Part shown: piece by piece, positions 1-7,560 of the stretch | Position numbering within the stretch: position 1 is the first letter of the stretch | Layout of the letters: each line of letters opens with the position of its first letter | NCBI RefSeq assembly: GCF_047555085.1 | Contig: NZ_CP180230.1 | Coordinates: 960,001-992,000, forward strand | Direction: 5' to 3' | Length of the DNA: 32,000 nt | Source of the DNA: Candidatus Saccharimonadota bacterium | GTDB lineage: Archaea > Nanohalarchaeota > Nanosalinia > Nanosalinales > Nanosalinaceae | Notes under the pieces: generated by a model | Seen by the model: only the letters and a program-made list of their open reading frames with translations | Told to the model about the DNA's origin: nothing | Databases searched by the model: none | Made by a program: the position numbers and the translations under genes

Positions 1-84
1 AGGCCTTTTCCCAGTGTTTTCTTTTTCATTTGTAAGAGTTGTCTACAGGACGATAACTGTTTAACGTGTGCTGCACGCCACATA

Positions 85-94
85 TTTTTATATA
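85..94 (+). promoter_or_regulatory. TATA-like box (TTTTTATATA) upstream of the histone gene
   Basis: AT-rich TTTTTATATA lies 53 nt upstream of ATG 147 in otherwise mixed sequence. The position fits an archaeal TATA box plus a short SD-bearing leader. Confidence 0.4.
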
Positions 95-129
95 GGAGTA
101 GAACGTAAATTATCAGTACAAGCCTTAAA

Positions 130-137
130 GGAGGTGA
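130..137 (+). promoter_or_regulatory. Shine-Dalgarno-like GGAGGTGA
   Basis: GGAGGTGA lies 9 nt upstream of ATG 147 and is complementary to the conserved 16S rRNA 3' end. Confidence 0.55.
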
Positions 138-146
138 CACTATACA

Positions 147-344
147 ATGGCAGAACTACCACTAGCACCTGTAAAGAGAATTATCAAGCAGGCCGGCGCT
201 TCAAGAGTTTCAGAGGACGCAGTAGAAGAACTAAGAGATGAACTAGAAGCACACGCAGAGGATCGTGCAAGAGAAGCAAAGCAGTACGCTGAGCACGCCG
301 GCAGAAAGACAGTACAGGCAGCAGACGTTAAGACTTCAAGATAA
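147..344 (+). CDS. archaeal histone (HMf-type histone fold), 65 aa
   Basis: The translation MAELPLAPVKRIIKQAGASRVSEDAVEEL...EHAGRKTVQAADV follows the archaeal histone pattern (P-x-AP-x-x-RIIK, RVS-x-DA, HAGRKTV). The size is typical and an SD lies upstream. Confidence 0.9.
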   Translation: MAELPLAPVKRIIKQAGASRVSEDAVEELRDELEAHAEDRAREAKQYAEHAGRKTVQAADVKTSR

Positions 345-356
345 AGTTTTTTCTTG
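345..356 (+). terminator. oligo-T tract after the histone stop
   Basis: A T6 run (347..352) follows TAA 342..344. Archaeal terminators are typically oligo-T tracts. Confidence 0.3.
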
Positions 357-416
357 AAGAGGCCTGTACGTTTCATACTTCCTTTTTTTATTTCTCACCG
401 ATCAGATTGTTCTACA

Positions 417-1160
417 GTGAAACTGGAAAACTCATTTATCCTGTTCCCTGGCATTGGCCAGAAGACCGAGAAAAAACTCTGGAAAGACAATATACGGCAC
501 TGGGACCATCTTGAAGACTCTTCTAAGCACAATAAAGTTCAGGAACACATGGAGAAGGCCCGCAAAAATTTGAAAGTGAATAACTCAATTTACTTCGACG
601 ACAAACTCCCAAACAAAAGCCTGTGGAGAGCCTACAAAAATTTTGAGAAAGATGTCACGTTCTTCGATATCGAGACAACAGGCCTGAAGCCGGAAAGGAA
701 CAAGACCACGACAGTAAGTTTCTACCGTAACGGCGAATCAAAGACATTAATCAGAGGCCAGAATCTGACTCGTGAAAAACTTGAAAACGAGATTTTCGAG
801 TCATCTATGCTTGTCTCATTTAACGGGAAGCGTTTCGATGCTCCTTTCCTGGAGAAAAACTTTGACTTGAATATCGAGACGCCGCACATCGATTTGATGT
901 ATCCGTGTAAACGACTTGGATACAGTGGAGGCCTGAAGAAGATCGAGAAAGACTTGAAGATTCAGCGAGAACTGGAGGATATCGATGGAAGGGAGGCGAT
1001 CAAGCTGTGGAAGAAGTACGAGAACAACGGTGACGAAGAGGCCTTGAACAAGCTTGTCAGGTACAATCAGTACGACGCCGAGAATCTTCAGGACTTGCTT
1101 GAGATCGTCCGTGAAAAATTGATCGAGAAAGTGGCTGACAGGCCTGAAAGATTCGAGTAG
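417..1160 (+). CDS. RNase H-like / DEDD 3'-5' exonuclease domain protein (YprB-like) with N-terminal helix-hairpin-helix
   Basis: Motifs seen are FFDIETTGL (Exo I), SFNGKRFDAPFL (Exo II) and YNQYDAENL (Exo III-like), plus an N-terminal GIGQKTEKKLW HhH. The track ORF starts at TTG 354. I prefer the in-frame GTG 417 because the preceding 21 codons are hydrophobic/basic and atypical. Confidence 0.75.
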   Translation: MKLENSFILFPGIGQKTEKKLWKDNIRHWDHLEDSSKHNKVQEHMEKARKNLKVNNSIYFDDKLPNKSLWRAYKNFEKDVTFFDIETTGLKPERNKTTTVSFYRNGESKTLIRGQNLTREKLENEIFESSMLVSFNGKRFDAPFLEKNFDLNIETPHIDLMYPCKRLGYSGGLKKIEKDLKIQRELEDIDGREAIKLWKKYENNGDEEALNKLVRYNQYDAENLQDLLEIVREKLIEKVADRPERFE

Positions 1161-1254
1161 AGGCCTGCAAAGGTTTTCCGGATACTTTTTCCTTTTCCGC
1201 TGTGCATGTTTGGAGGGAAAACTTAAAAGGGTCGACTTCTAATTAGAGGTTGAA

Positions 1255-1712
1255 GAAAATGGCCTTGGTTAATACTATTTCACCCGCTGGAAACATGTGG
1301 ATGGATCTGGTGAGGTGCACCCATACCGAAAACAAGGCCAAGGCTTTCTCCATTATTAATTATCTGGCAGAGTAAAGTGGGATGAAGTCTTGGCCGACAT
1401 TGACTGGCCAAGTACCGACCGCGAATACTCAAAAAACCAAATTCTTGACAGCCTCTCGTTCTACCTCTATGGAACATGGAATGAGGGCTTGGGCAGTGTG
1501 CTGCTTGCAAGGTGGTGCACTGTCCTTGGCACCTATCTAGTCTATCTGTAAAAGATACGATACGTACAACGATCAGAGGTGCAATACACACAATGGATGC
1601 GAACACACGCCACTTCGAAACCGAGCTTCAGGCTCAGCACGAAGAGACCACTCGACAGACTACCGATGTCTCACCTGAAGCAAACGTTGTCCCGGCAACA
1701 GCACTTTAAACC
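1255..1712 (+). ncRNA. candidate structured RNA, identity unresolved (RNase P RNA or SRP RNA are guesses only)
   Basis: The stretch is about 450 nt, visibly more GC-rich than other spacers, with no acidic ORF. Perfect helices are GGCCUUG 1261-1267 / CAAGGCC 1334-1340, CUUGGCC 1389-1395 / GGCCAAG 1406-1412, and GCUUCAGG 1624-1631 / CCUGAAGC 1674-1681 enclosing GAGAC/GUCUC. The + strand has no T-run of 5 or more, while the - strand has T6. A TATA-like AAACTTAAAAG sits at about 1219-1231. Boundaries and strand are tentative. Confidence 0.3.
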
Positions 1713-1750
1713 AGAAAAACAAGAATAAAGAAGATTACAGGCCTCCAGAA

Positions 1751-2230
1751 TCAGTCCTGACTCTGGTATGCCGCCGACTCGAAGGCAGCCCAGCCGTTGG
1801 CCATAGAATCAAGCATCGAGGTGAAAGACTTCGCTGGCTTGATGACTTTTCTGCGGCCCTGAGAGCCTTCTCTCGAATCACGGTACTCCAGATACTCGTA
1901 CTGAATTGCCCCTAAACGCCGGAGCTTAGGCAGAATATTGTTTTTCAGATTGGAGAGGCCTTTCTCGTGTCCCCATTCATCGAAGTTATTCAGTTTCTCG
2001 GAATCGATTTCTCCCTCAGTTTTCAGCTCACGCAGGAAAATTTTCGCGTACTTGTTCCTCTTAGGCGACTGCTCGTGAGGGAAGAAAAGATCAACAATCT
2101 TCTCCCAGTTCCAGGCCCTGTCACTCAGCCTGTACTTCTGACGATCCTCAGGTATCGCTATAGAGTTTTTAGTAACAATTGTGGAGGACTTGCGGGCCTC
2201 CTCATCGACAAACGGATGATCATCTCCCAT
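1751..2230 (-). CDS. hypothetical protein, 159 aa
   Basis: An ATG-initiated ORF with charged composition typical of this window. A TATA-like box lies 25-32 nt upstream of the ATG. I recognise no family. Confidence 0.6.
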   Translation of the reverse strand: MGDDHPFVDEEARKSSTIVTKNSIAIPEDRQKYRLSDRAWNWEKIVDLFFPHEQSPKRNKYAKIFLRELKTEGEIDSEKLNNFDEWGHEKGLSNLKNNILPKLRRLGAIQYEYLEYRDSREGSQGRRKVIKPAKSFTSMLDSMANGWAAFESAAYQSQD

Positions 2231-2254
2231 AAAAACAGATTAAAACAAAGAAGG

Positions 2255-2262
2255 TATAATAA
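2255..2262 (-). promoter_or_regulatory. TATA-like TTATTATA followed by CCTTCTTT, leaderless-type spacing to ATG 2230
   Basis: The minus strand reads ATTTTATTATACCTTCTTTGTTTTAATCTGTTTTT-ATG. The same ATACCTTCTTT core recurs at 24555 and 24647. Confidence 0.3.
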
Positions 2263-2270
2263 AATTTGCT

Positions 2271-2432
2271 TCAGGAAAAAATGCTTGCTATAGAGCTTAA
2301 AACCGACGAAACTCCTGAAAAAGCGTATCCTACAAAAATCCATCCCAGTACAAAAATCATAAACGCCATGTAGTTTCCTCCTGCTCCTGTAGAAGCTATA
2401 GACATGAAAGGAGTTGTAAGAGAAATATCCAT
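2271..2432 (-). CDS. possible small membrane protein, 53 aa
   Basis: MDISLTTPFMSIASTGAGGNYMAFMIFVLGWIFVGYAFSGVSSVLSSIASIFS has one clear hydrophobic helix, and a GGGAGG lies about 14 nt upstream of the ATG. It is short with no homology evidence. Confidence 0.25.
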   Translation of the reverse strand: MDISLTTPFMSIASTGAGGNYMAFMIFVLGWIFVGYAFSGVSSVLSSIASIFS

Positions 2433-2584
2433 AGGTACAATTGAGGCCTCCCTTCTTTTAAACACGTATAGTTTTACCTCAAAGTACTCAAGTAATTTAG
2501 AGGCCTGAAAAAGTTACAGACTCTGTTGATCCCGGGAATGAGGCCTCTGTGAAGTATTTCAAATTTTTCTTCCCATCTTCAGGT

Positions 2585-3103
2585 ATGAGCTATGAAGATC
2601 TCTCACGCGAAGAACTTGTAGAGGCCCTGAACGAGATGGAGAAAAAATTTGACGAGGAGAGATGTGAGAGGGAAAAATTCGAGGAACTGGCCAAAAAGAC
2701 AAAGGCCGACTTCGAGAACTACAGGAAGAAACAGGACGAAAGAAAGGAAAGATGGCAGAAAGAGGCCAAACAAGAATTGGCGGAAGATCTGATCGAGGTC
2801 ATGGACAATCTTGAAAGAGCTTTGATGGCGGCAGACGAGGAGACAGCTGTCGTCCAGGGCGTGGAGATGGTGAACGAACAATTGTACAGCAAACTGAACA
2901 GTGAAGGCCTAGAGGTCATCGAGACAGGGGAAAAATTCGATCCAGAAGTCCATAAAGCCGTTGATACCAGAGAGCACGAGGAACACGAGCCGAAGACGAT
3001 ACTTGAACAGAAGAGGAAAGGCTACCGTTTCGATGGAAAAGTTCTGAGGGCTGCAGAAGTAGTTGTATCCGAGAGGCCTAGAGAATCCGAAGATGAATCC
3101 TGA
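2585..3103 (+). CDS. grpE: GrpE nucleotide exchange factor
   Basis: It has a coiled-coil N-terminus, then FENYRKK...DLIEVMDNLERAL...FDPEVHKAV...KGYRFDGKVLRAAEVVVS, the typical GrpE pattern, and sits upstream of dnaK. I chose ATG 2585 over the track's GTG 2549. Confidence 0.9.
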   Translation: MSYEDLSREELVEALNEMEKKFDEERCEREKFEELAKKTKADFENYRKKQDERKERWQKEAKQELAEDLIEVMDNLERALMAADEETAVVQGVEMVNEQLYSKLNSEGLEVIETGEKFDPEVHKAVDTREHEEHEPKTILEQKRKGYRFDGKVLRAAEVVVSERPRESEDES

Positions 3104-3356
3104 GTATATACATTCCAGACTGGAGGAGAAAGCAGAGGCCTTTGAAGGAGAGGAACTCAGAAGCCAGGTTGAGTCAGTTCTTGATGAGGAAGATGTGAGC
3201 TACAGAAGAACCAGCGTTGGAGGCCTTGAACAGCCGAGACACAAAGAATATCTTTACGAGCTAGGCGGTGATGAAGAAAGTTTTGAGCTACAGCTGATAA
3301 CTTATGACGGCCGTCCTGGTAGAGACGATGGCTCAGTTGAAATAAGGGGAAAGTAG
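3093..3356 (+). CDS. small acidic hypothetical protein, 87 aa
   Basis: ATG 3093 overlaps the grpE stop (ATGAATCCTGA), suggesting translational coupling. The composition is acidic and I recognise no family. Confidence 0.5.
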   Translation: MNPEYIHSRLEEKAEAFEGEELRSQVESVLDEEDVSYRRTSVGGLEQPRHKEYLYELGGDEESFELQLITYDGRPGRDDGSVEIRGK

Positions 3357-3402
3357 AGTGCAGGAAATTTGATTTTTTAACTCGGATGAGTAACTTGATG
3401 TT

Positions 3403-4320
3403 GTGAGGAAGAGAGCTGAGAACGATCCTCTGGAGATCGATCCTGGATGGGAGGATCTTCTGGAGGGCCTGGAGAGCAGAAATTCTTTGACGTGTGCCCA
3501 GTTGATAGTCTACGGAGTTGATACGAATTATCCTCTCGGGCCTGGTACTATCGTCAGGAAGGCCTTCAAGTCGGATGGGAAGCTTCCTGTGGAACACAGT
3601 CTGGAAAAGATCTTCGAGGAGATGAGTTCAGAGTTCGGAAACAAAGTCACTCAGCGTGTGGAAAAAATACTTGAGAAAAATCTTGATCTGAACTCGCTGA
3701 AAGTCCTGAAGTTTGACATGGAAGTCCTGAACGAGCTGCGTTACGGAACTGTAGACGGCGTATCGGGGAAATGGAAGCGGATGACTTCCGGAGGCACCTG
3801 GACGATATACACAGATCGTCAGGACTCGAAAGTTCTGAAGGCCTCTCATACTGCAGAAAATTCCTGGGAGACTGCTATACTTGCTTTGACTCATGAAGAA
3901 GTTGCTGAGAGGATCGAGCAGCTTCCTGAAAAGTATAGACTGGGAGCTCCGAAAAATCGCAGCGTGGCAGTCGCTGAAGTCGATGGGGAAAAATTCGCCG
4001 TAACAACTATGGAATACGAGAAAAACTACGTTGAGCCCGGAAGTAACAGGGAAGGGCTCGAAGAGGCCTGTAAAGTTCTGAAGCGGATGTTTGAATCCGG
4101 AGAGCTTCCGGCACACGAGTTTGATTACGATAGAGAAGGCCTGAAAAGGAGGAATATGGCATATAGAGATGGAAAGTTTATCGCACTGGATCTGTGCGAT
4201 AAATCTGTTCTCGGTAATGAAGAGTTCCTGCGTGAAAACGGCATCATAGAAAAAGCACAGGAACTCGGATTCTCGAATGGCAGCGGTTTCCTAGGAGGCC
4301 TCTTCGGAAAGTTTCGATAG
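3403..4320 (+). CDS. hypothetical protein, 305 aa
   Basis: A long GTG-initiated ORF between grpE and dnaK with the window's typical charged composition. I recognise no motif. Confidence 0.65.
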   Translation: MRKRAENDPLEIDPGWEDLLEGLESRNSLTCAQLIVYGVDTNYPLGPGTIVRKAFKSDGKLPVEHSLEKIFEEMSSEFGNKVTQRVEKILEKNLDLNSLKVLKFDMEVLNELRYGTVDGVSGKWKRMTSGGTWTIYTDRQDSKVLKASHTAENSWETAILALTHEEVAERIEQLPEKYRLGAPKNRSVAVAEVDGEKFAVTTMEYEKNYVEPGSNREGLEEACKVLKRMFESGELPAHEFDYDREGLKRRNMAYRDGKFIALDLCDKSVLGNEEFLRENGIIEKAQELGFSNGSGFLGGLFGKFR

Positions 4321-4344
4321 TTTCTGAAGTTAGTTTCACATTGC

Positions 4345-4359
4345 TTTAAAATTTTTATT
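4345..4359 (+). promoter_or_regulatory. TATA-like TTTAAAATTTTTATT upstream of dnaK
   Basis: An AT-rich box lies 38-52 nt upstream of ATG 4397, with AGGTG at 4382-4386 as an SD-like element. Confidence 0.35.
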
Positions 4360-4396
4360 CACGTAAACAAAAACATAATCTAGGTGTAACTGAAAA

Positions 4397-6316
4397 ATGA
4401 GCAAGATCATCGGAATCGACTTGGGAACAACAAGAAGCGCAATGGCAACCATCGAAGATGGAGAACCAAAAATAATCGAAAACAAGGAAGGAGAACGTGT
4501 AACCCCTTCCGTAGTAGGTTTTGACGACGGTGAAAGGCTTGTCGGAAAGCCTGCGAAAAACCAGCTACTTACAAACGAGGAAAACACTGTAAAGTCGATA
4601 AAGAGACACATGGGAGAGGACTACGAAGTCAATCTTGACGGAGAGGATTACACTCCACAGGAAATTTCTTCCATGATTCTGCAGAAGCTGAAAAACGATG
4701 CTGAAGACAAGCTTGGAGATGATGTTGAGAAAGCTGTGATTACTGTTCCAGCGCATTTCGATGATACTCAGAGACAGGCCACAAAAGATGCTGCGGAGAT
4801 CGCAGGACTTGAAGCTGAAAGAATTCTGAACGAGCCGACTGCAGCAGCTCTTGCATACGGATTAGATGATGACAGTGAGAAAACTGTACTTGTATACGAC
4901 TTCGGAGGAGGAACCTTCGACGTCACCGTCCTCGAGATGGGAGACGGGATCTATGAAGTCCAGAGTACAGAAGGAGACAACGATCTCGGAGGAGACGATT
5001 TTGACGAGAAGATTGTAGAGTACCTTCTCGAAGAGTTCGAGGACGAAAACGGAGTCGACCTCCGTGAAAGCGACGAAGCCATGCAGCGTATCCGTGAGAA
5101 CGCTGAGGAGGCGAAGAAAGAGCTTTCATCGAGAGAATCCACCAAGATCAACATCCCATTTATCTACCAGGAGAACGGCGAGACATACAACCTGGATCAG
5201 GAGTTAACCAGATCCAAGTTTGAGGATCTTGTAGAAGAGTTGATCCAGAGGACGACCGATCCGACAAAGAAGGCTATGAACGACGCCGGTGTCGACTCCG
5301 GAGACCTTGATGAAGTCATCCTTGTAGGAGGTACGACACGAGTCCCTGCTGTCAGAGAACATGTGCAAGCTATCACAGGACTCCAGCCGGATAAAAGTGT
5401 AAGTCCGGATGAAGCAGTTGCCCTGGGCGCATCAATCCAGGCAGGAAGCATGGAAGGTGAAATGGATGATATCCTGCTACTTGACGTAGCACCTCTCAGC
5501 CTGGGAGTAGAAGTCAAGGGAGGCCTCACAGAGACCCTAATTGAAGAAAACACGACAATCCCTGCAGAGGAATCGAAAACTTTCACTACAGCCCAGGACA
5601 ACCAGTCTGTTGTGACTGTACATGTAGTCCAGGGAGAACGTGAGATGGCATCAGATAACAAGTCTCTGGGACAGTTCAATCTTGAAGGCCTGCCTCCAGC
5701 ACCTGCCGGACAGCCACAGATCGAAGTAACTTTCGAGATCGATTCCGATGGAATCCTACAGGTATCCGCAGAGGAAAAACAGTCTGGGGAAGAGGCCTCT
5801 ATCACTATCGAGGACCAGGCACGTCTCGACGACGAAGAAATCGAAGAGATGAAGGAAGAAGCAGAGAAACACGCCGAGGAAGACAAGAAACGTAGAGAGT
5901 TTGTCGAGGCGAAGAACAAGGCCGATCAGATCATCTCTCAGGGCCGCGATCAGCTTGAAGAACACGGCGACAAGGTCGATGAAAGTCTTGTTGAAGGGAT
6001 CGAGATGCAGCTGGATGAGCTGGAAGATTTCCGTAAAGATGTAGAGATGGAGGATAAGGAAGAGCTTGAAGAGAAAGTTGCTGAAGTTGAGGAAAAGCTT
6101 CAGGAGATAGGTCAGGAAATCTACGGCGACCAGGAAGGCCCGGGAGGAATGGGTGGTATGGGTGCCGAAGGATTCGATCCATCCAACATGAGCGAGGAAG
6201 ACCTGAAACAGGCCGCACAGAACATGAACATGGGAGGCGGAAACTCAGGCGACGACGTTGTCGATGCAGACTTCGAGGAAGTCGACACAGACAAAGACGA
6301 GGAGAAAGAGGAGTAA
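4397..6316 (+). CDS. dnaK: Hsp70 chaperone DnaK
   Basis: Signatures seen are [38 protein letters not shown] and [12 protein letters not shown], plus a C-terminal [11 protein letters not shown] tail as in bacterial DnaK. Confidence 0.97.
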   Translation: MSKIIGIDLGTTRSAMATIEDGEPKIIENKEGERVTPSVVGFDDGERLVGKPAKNQLLTNEENTVKSIKRHMGEDYEVNLDGEDYTPQEISSMILQKLKNDAEDKLGDDVEKAVITVPAHFDDTQRQATKDAAEIAGLEAERILNEPTAAALAYGLDDDSEKTVLVYDFGGGTFDVTVLEMGDGIYEVQSTEGDNDLGGDDFDEKIVEYLLEEFEDENGVDLRESDEAMQRIRENAEEAKKELSSRESTKINIPFIYQENGETYNLDQELTRSKFEDLVEELIQRTTDPTKKAMNDAGVDSGDLDEVILVGGTTRVPAVREHVQAITGLQPDKSVSPDEAVALGASIQAGSMEGEMDDILLLDVAPLSLGVEVKGGLTETLIEENTTIPAEESKTFTTAQDNQSVVTVHVVQGEREMASDNKSLGQFNLEGLPPAPAGQPQIEVTFEIDSDGILQVSAEEKQSGEEASITIEDQARLDDEEIEEMKEEAEKHAEEDKKRREFVEAKNKADQIISQGRDQLEEHGDKVDESLVEGIEMQLDELEDFRKDVEMEDKEELEEKVAEVEEKLQEIGQEIYGDQEGPGGMGGMGAEGFDPSNMSEEDLKQAAQNMNMGGGNSGDDVVDADFEEVDTDKDEEKEE

Positions 6317-6447
6317 TGATCCTCTCCTCCCCTCAAAATTCCGAAAGCCGTCGAAGTGCGGCTTCATATGATGAAACTCTCTAGGTGAGTTTCTGTGCGA
6401 AAATCTAAGATTTTCAGCACTCTCAGAAAACACACAGGTGTTTTCTA

Positions 6448-7524
6448 ATGAGTAAAGAATACTACGAACTTCTGGGAGTCAGTGAAGATGCAAGCCAAGA
6501 CGAAATCAAGAAGGCCTACAGGAAGAAGGCGAAGAAGTACCATCCGGATTCTAACAAGGATACTGCCGATGAGGAGAAGTTCAAGAAGATAAACAAGGCC
6601 TATGATGTTCTCTCCGATGAGGATAAACGGAAGAAATACGATAGATTTGGAAAACAGGGCGTACAAGGAAGTTCATCCAGAGGCCAGAGACGTGCCGCCA
6701 ACAATTTCCAGGACATTTTCGAGCAGATCTTTGGCGGAGGCGGAAGAAGAGGAAGAAGTAGAGAGGCCCAGGGAGAAAATTTGAAGGTTCAGACGACTGT
6801 TAGTCTTGAAGAGGCCTATAATGGCGTTGAGAAAACTTTCAAGGTGTCCAGAAAATCTGAATGTGAGGCCTGTAGCGGAAGCGGTGCGGAGAATGGTAAT
6901 ACTTCTACTTGTTCTAACTGCAATGGTAGAGGGAAAGTTGAACAGGTCCAGAGGACGCCTCTTGGCAGAGCACGGCAGGTCGTGGAGTGTCCGGAATGCA
7001 GCGGTACAGGAGATATTCCAGAAGAGGCCTGTACTGAGTGCAGTGGTTCAGGGATTACTGAGAAAGAGGAGACTATCACTGTAGATATTCCAGAAGGTGT
7101 GAAAGATGGTCAGCGGCTTAGAGTCCGTGGAAAAGGCCATACTGCACGGAACGGTAATTCAGGTGATCTATATGTTTTTGTGAGTGTAGAGCCTCACGAT
7201 TCTCTGGAGCGGCGTGACTCCGATCTCTACACTACTGTGAAGATTGGTGTTGGGGATGCTGCTCTTGGTACAAAAATTACTGTACCTCATCCGGACTCTG
7301 AGATTGAGGTAGATGTGCCTTCCGGTACGCAGCCGGGCCAGGTGATGCGTGTCTCCGGCAAGGGTATGCCGAGCGGCTGGGGTTCAGGAGATCTGTATGT
7401 TAAAGTGGATGTTGATATCCCTAGTGATCTTAGTGTGGAGCAGAGAGAAGTTATGGAGCAGCTCAGGGAGACTGAGAGTAGTGAGAAGAACTTCTTTGAA
7501 ACAGTTAAGGACTTCATATCCTGA
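6448..7524 (+). CDS. dnaJ: Hsp40 co-chaperone DnaJ (type I)
   Basis: It has a J domain with YHPD, a G-rich linker and four CxxCxGxG repeats ([32 protein letters not shown]). Confidence 0.95.
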   Translation: MSKEYYELLGVSEDASQDEIKKAYRKKAKKYHPDSNKDTADEEKFKKINKAYDVLSDEDKRKKYDRFGKQGVQGSSSRGQRRAANNFQDIFEQIFGGGGRRGRSREAQGENLKVQTTVSLEEAYNGVEKTFKVSRKSECEACSGSGAENGNTSTCSNCNGRGKVEQVQRTPLGRARQVVECPECSGTGDIPEEACTECSGSGITEKEETITVDIPEGVKDGQRLRVRGKGHTARNGNSGDLYVFVSVEPHDSLERRDSDLYTTVKIGVGDAALGTKITVPHPDSEIEVDVPSGTQPGQVMRVSGKGMPSGWGSGDLYVKVDVDIPSDLSVEQREVMEQLRETESSEKNFFETVKDFIS

Positions 7525-7526
7525 CT

Positions 7527-7538
7527 TAATTTTTTATT
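7527..7538 (+). promoter_or_regulatory. T/A-rich element: dnaJ terminator and/or TATA box for the PKD gene
   Basis: TAATTTTTTATT lies just after the dnaJ stop and 23-34 nt upstream of GTG 7561. Confidence 0.3.
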
Positions 7539-7560
7539 CCAGATTGCTCAACCGGTTTAT

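Noticed and set aside
1-29. Possible 5' end of a minus-strand gene leaving the window (ATG at 29-27; MKKKTLGKG...).
   Set aside because: Only 9 codons are visible. It is plausible as a divergent partner of the histone promoter but cannot be supported from this window.
354-416. TTG 354 as the start of the exonuclease gene, and likewise GTG 2549 for grpE, 3063 for the small ORF, TTG 11411 for the ZIP gene and GTG 27012 for RPA.
   Set aside because: The extended N-termini are hydrophobic or basic and overlap upstream terminator or promoter sequence. In-frame ATG or GTG codons slightly downstream give N-termini that fit the families better, though the true starts remain unverified.
1280-1709. 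ORFs 1280..1606 (-) and 1512..1709 (+) as protein-coding genes.
   Set aside because: Their Cys/His/Arg/Gly-rich, non-acidic composition shows no recognisable family, and the region has multiple perfect helices. I treat it as candidate ncRNA. A specific RNase P or SRP call was also not made, because only weak box resemblance could be seen by eye.
5197-5919. 240-aa ORF antisense to dnaK; similar long antisense ORFs lie at 17521..18144, 18887..19243, 19399..19791 and 21305..21844 in the giant gene and at 23430..23882 in the coiled-coil gene.
   Set aside because: They lie opposite well-supported genes. They are Ser/Cys/Arg/Phe-rich, the mirror image of GAN/GAR-rich acidic coding, unlike the acidic proteome here. 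I treat them as shadow ORFs.
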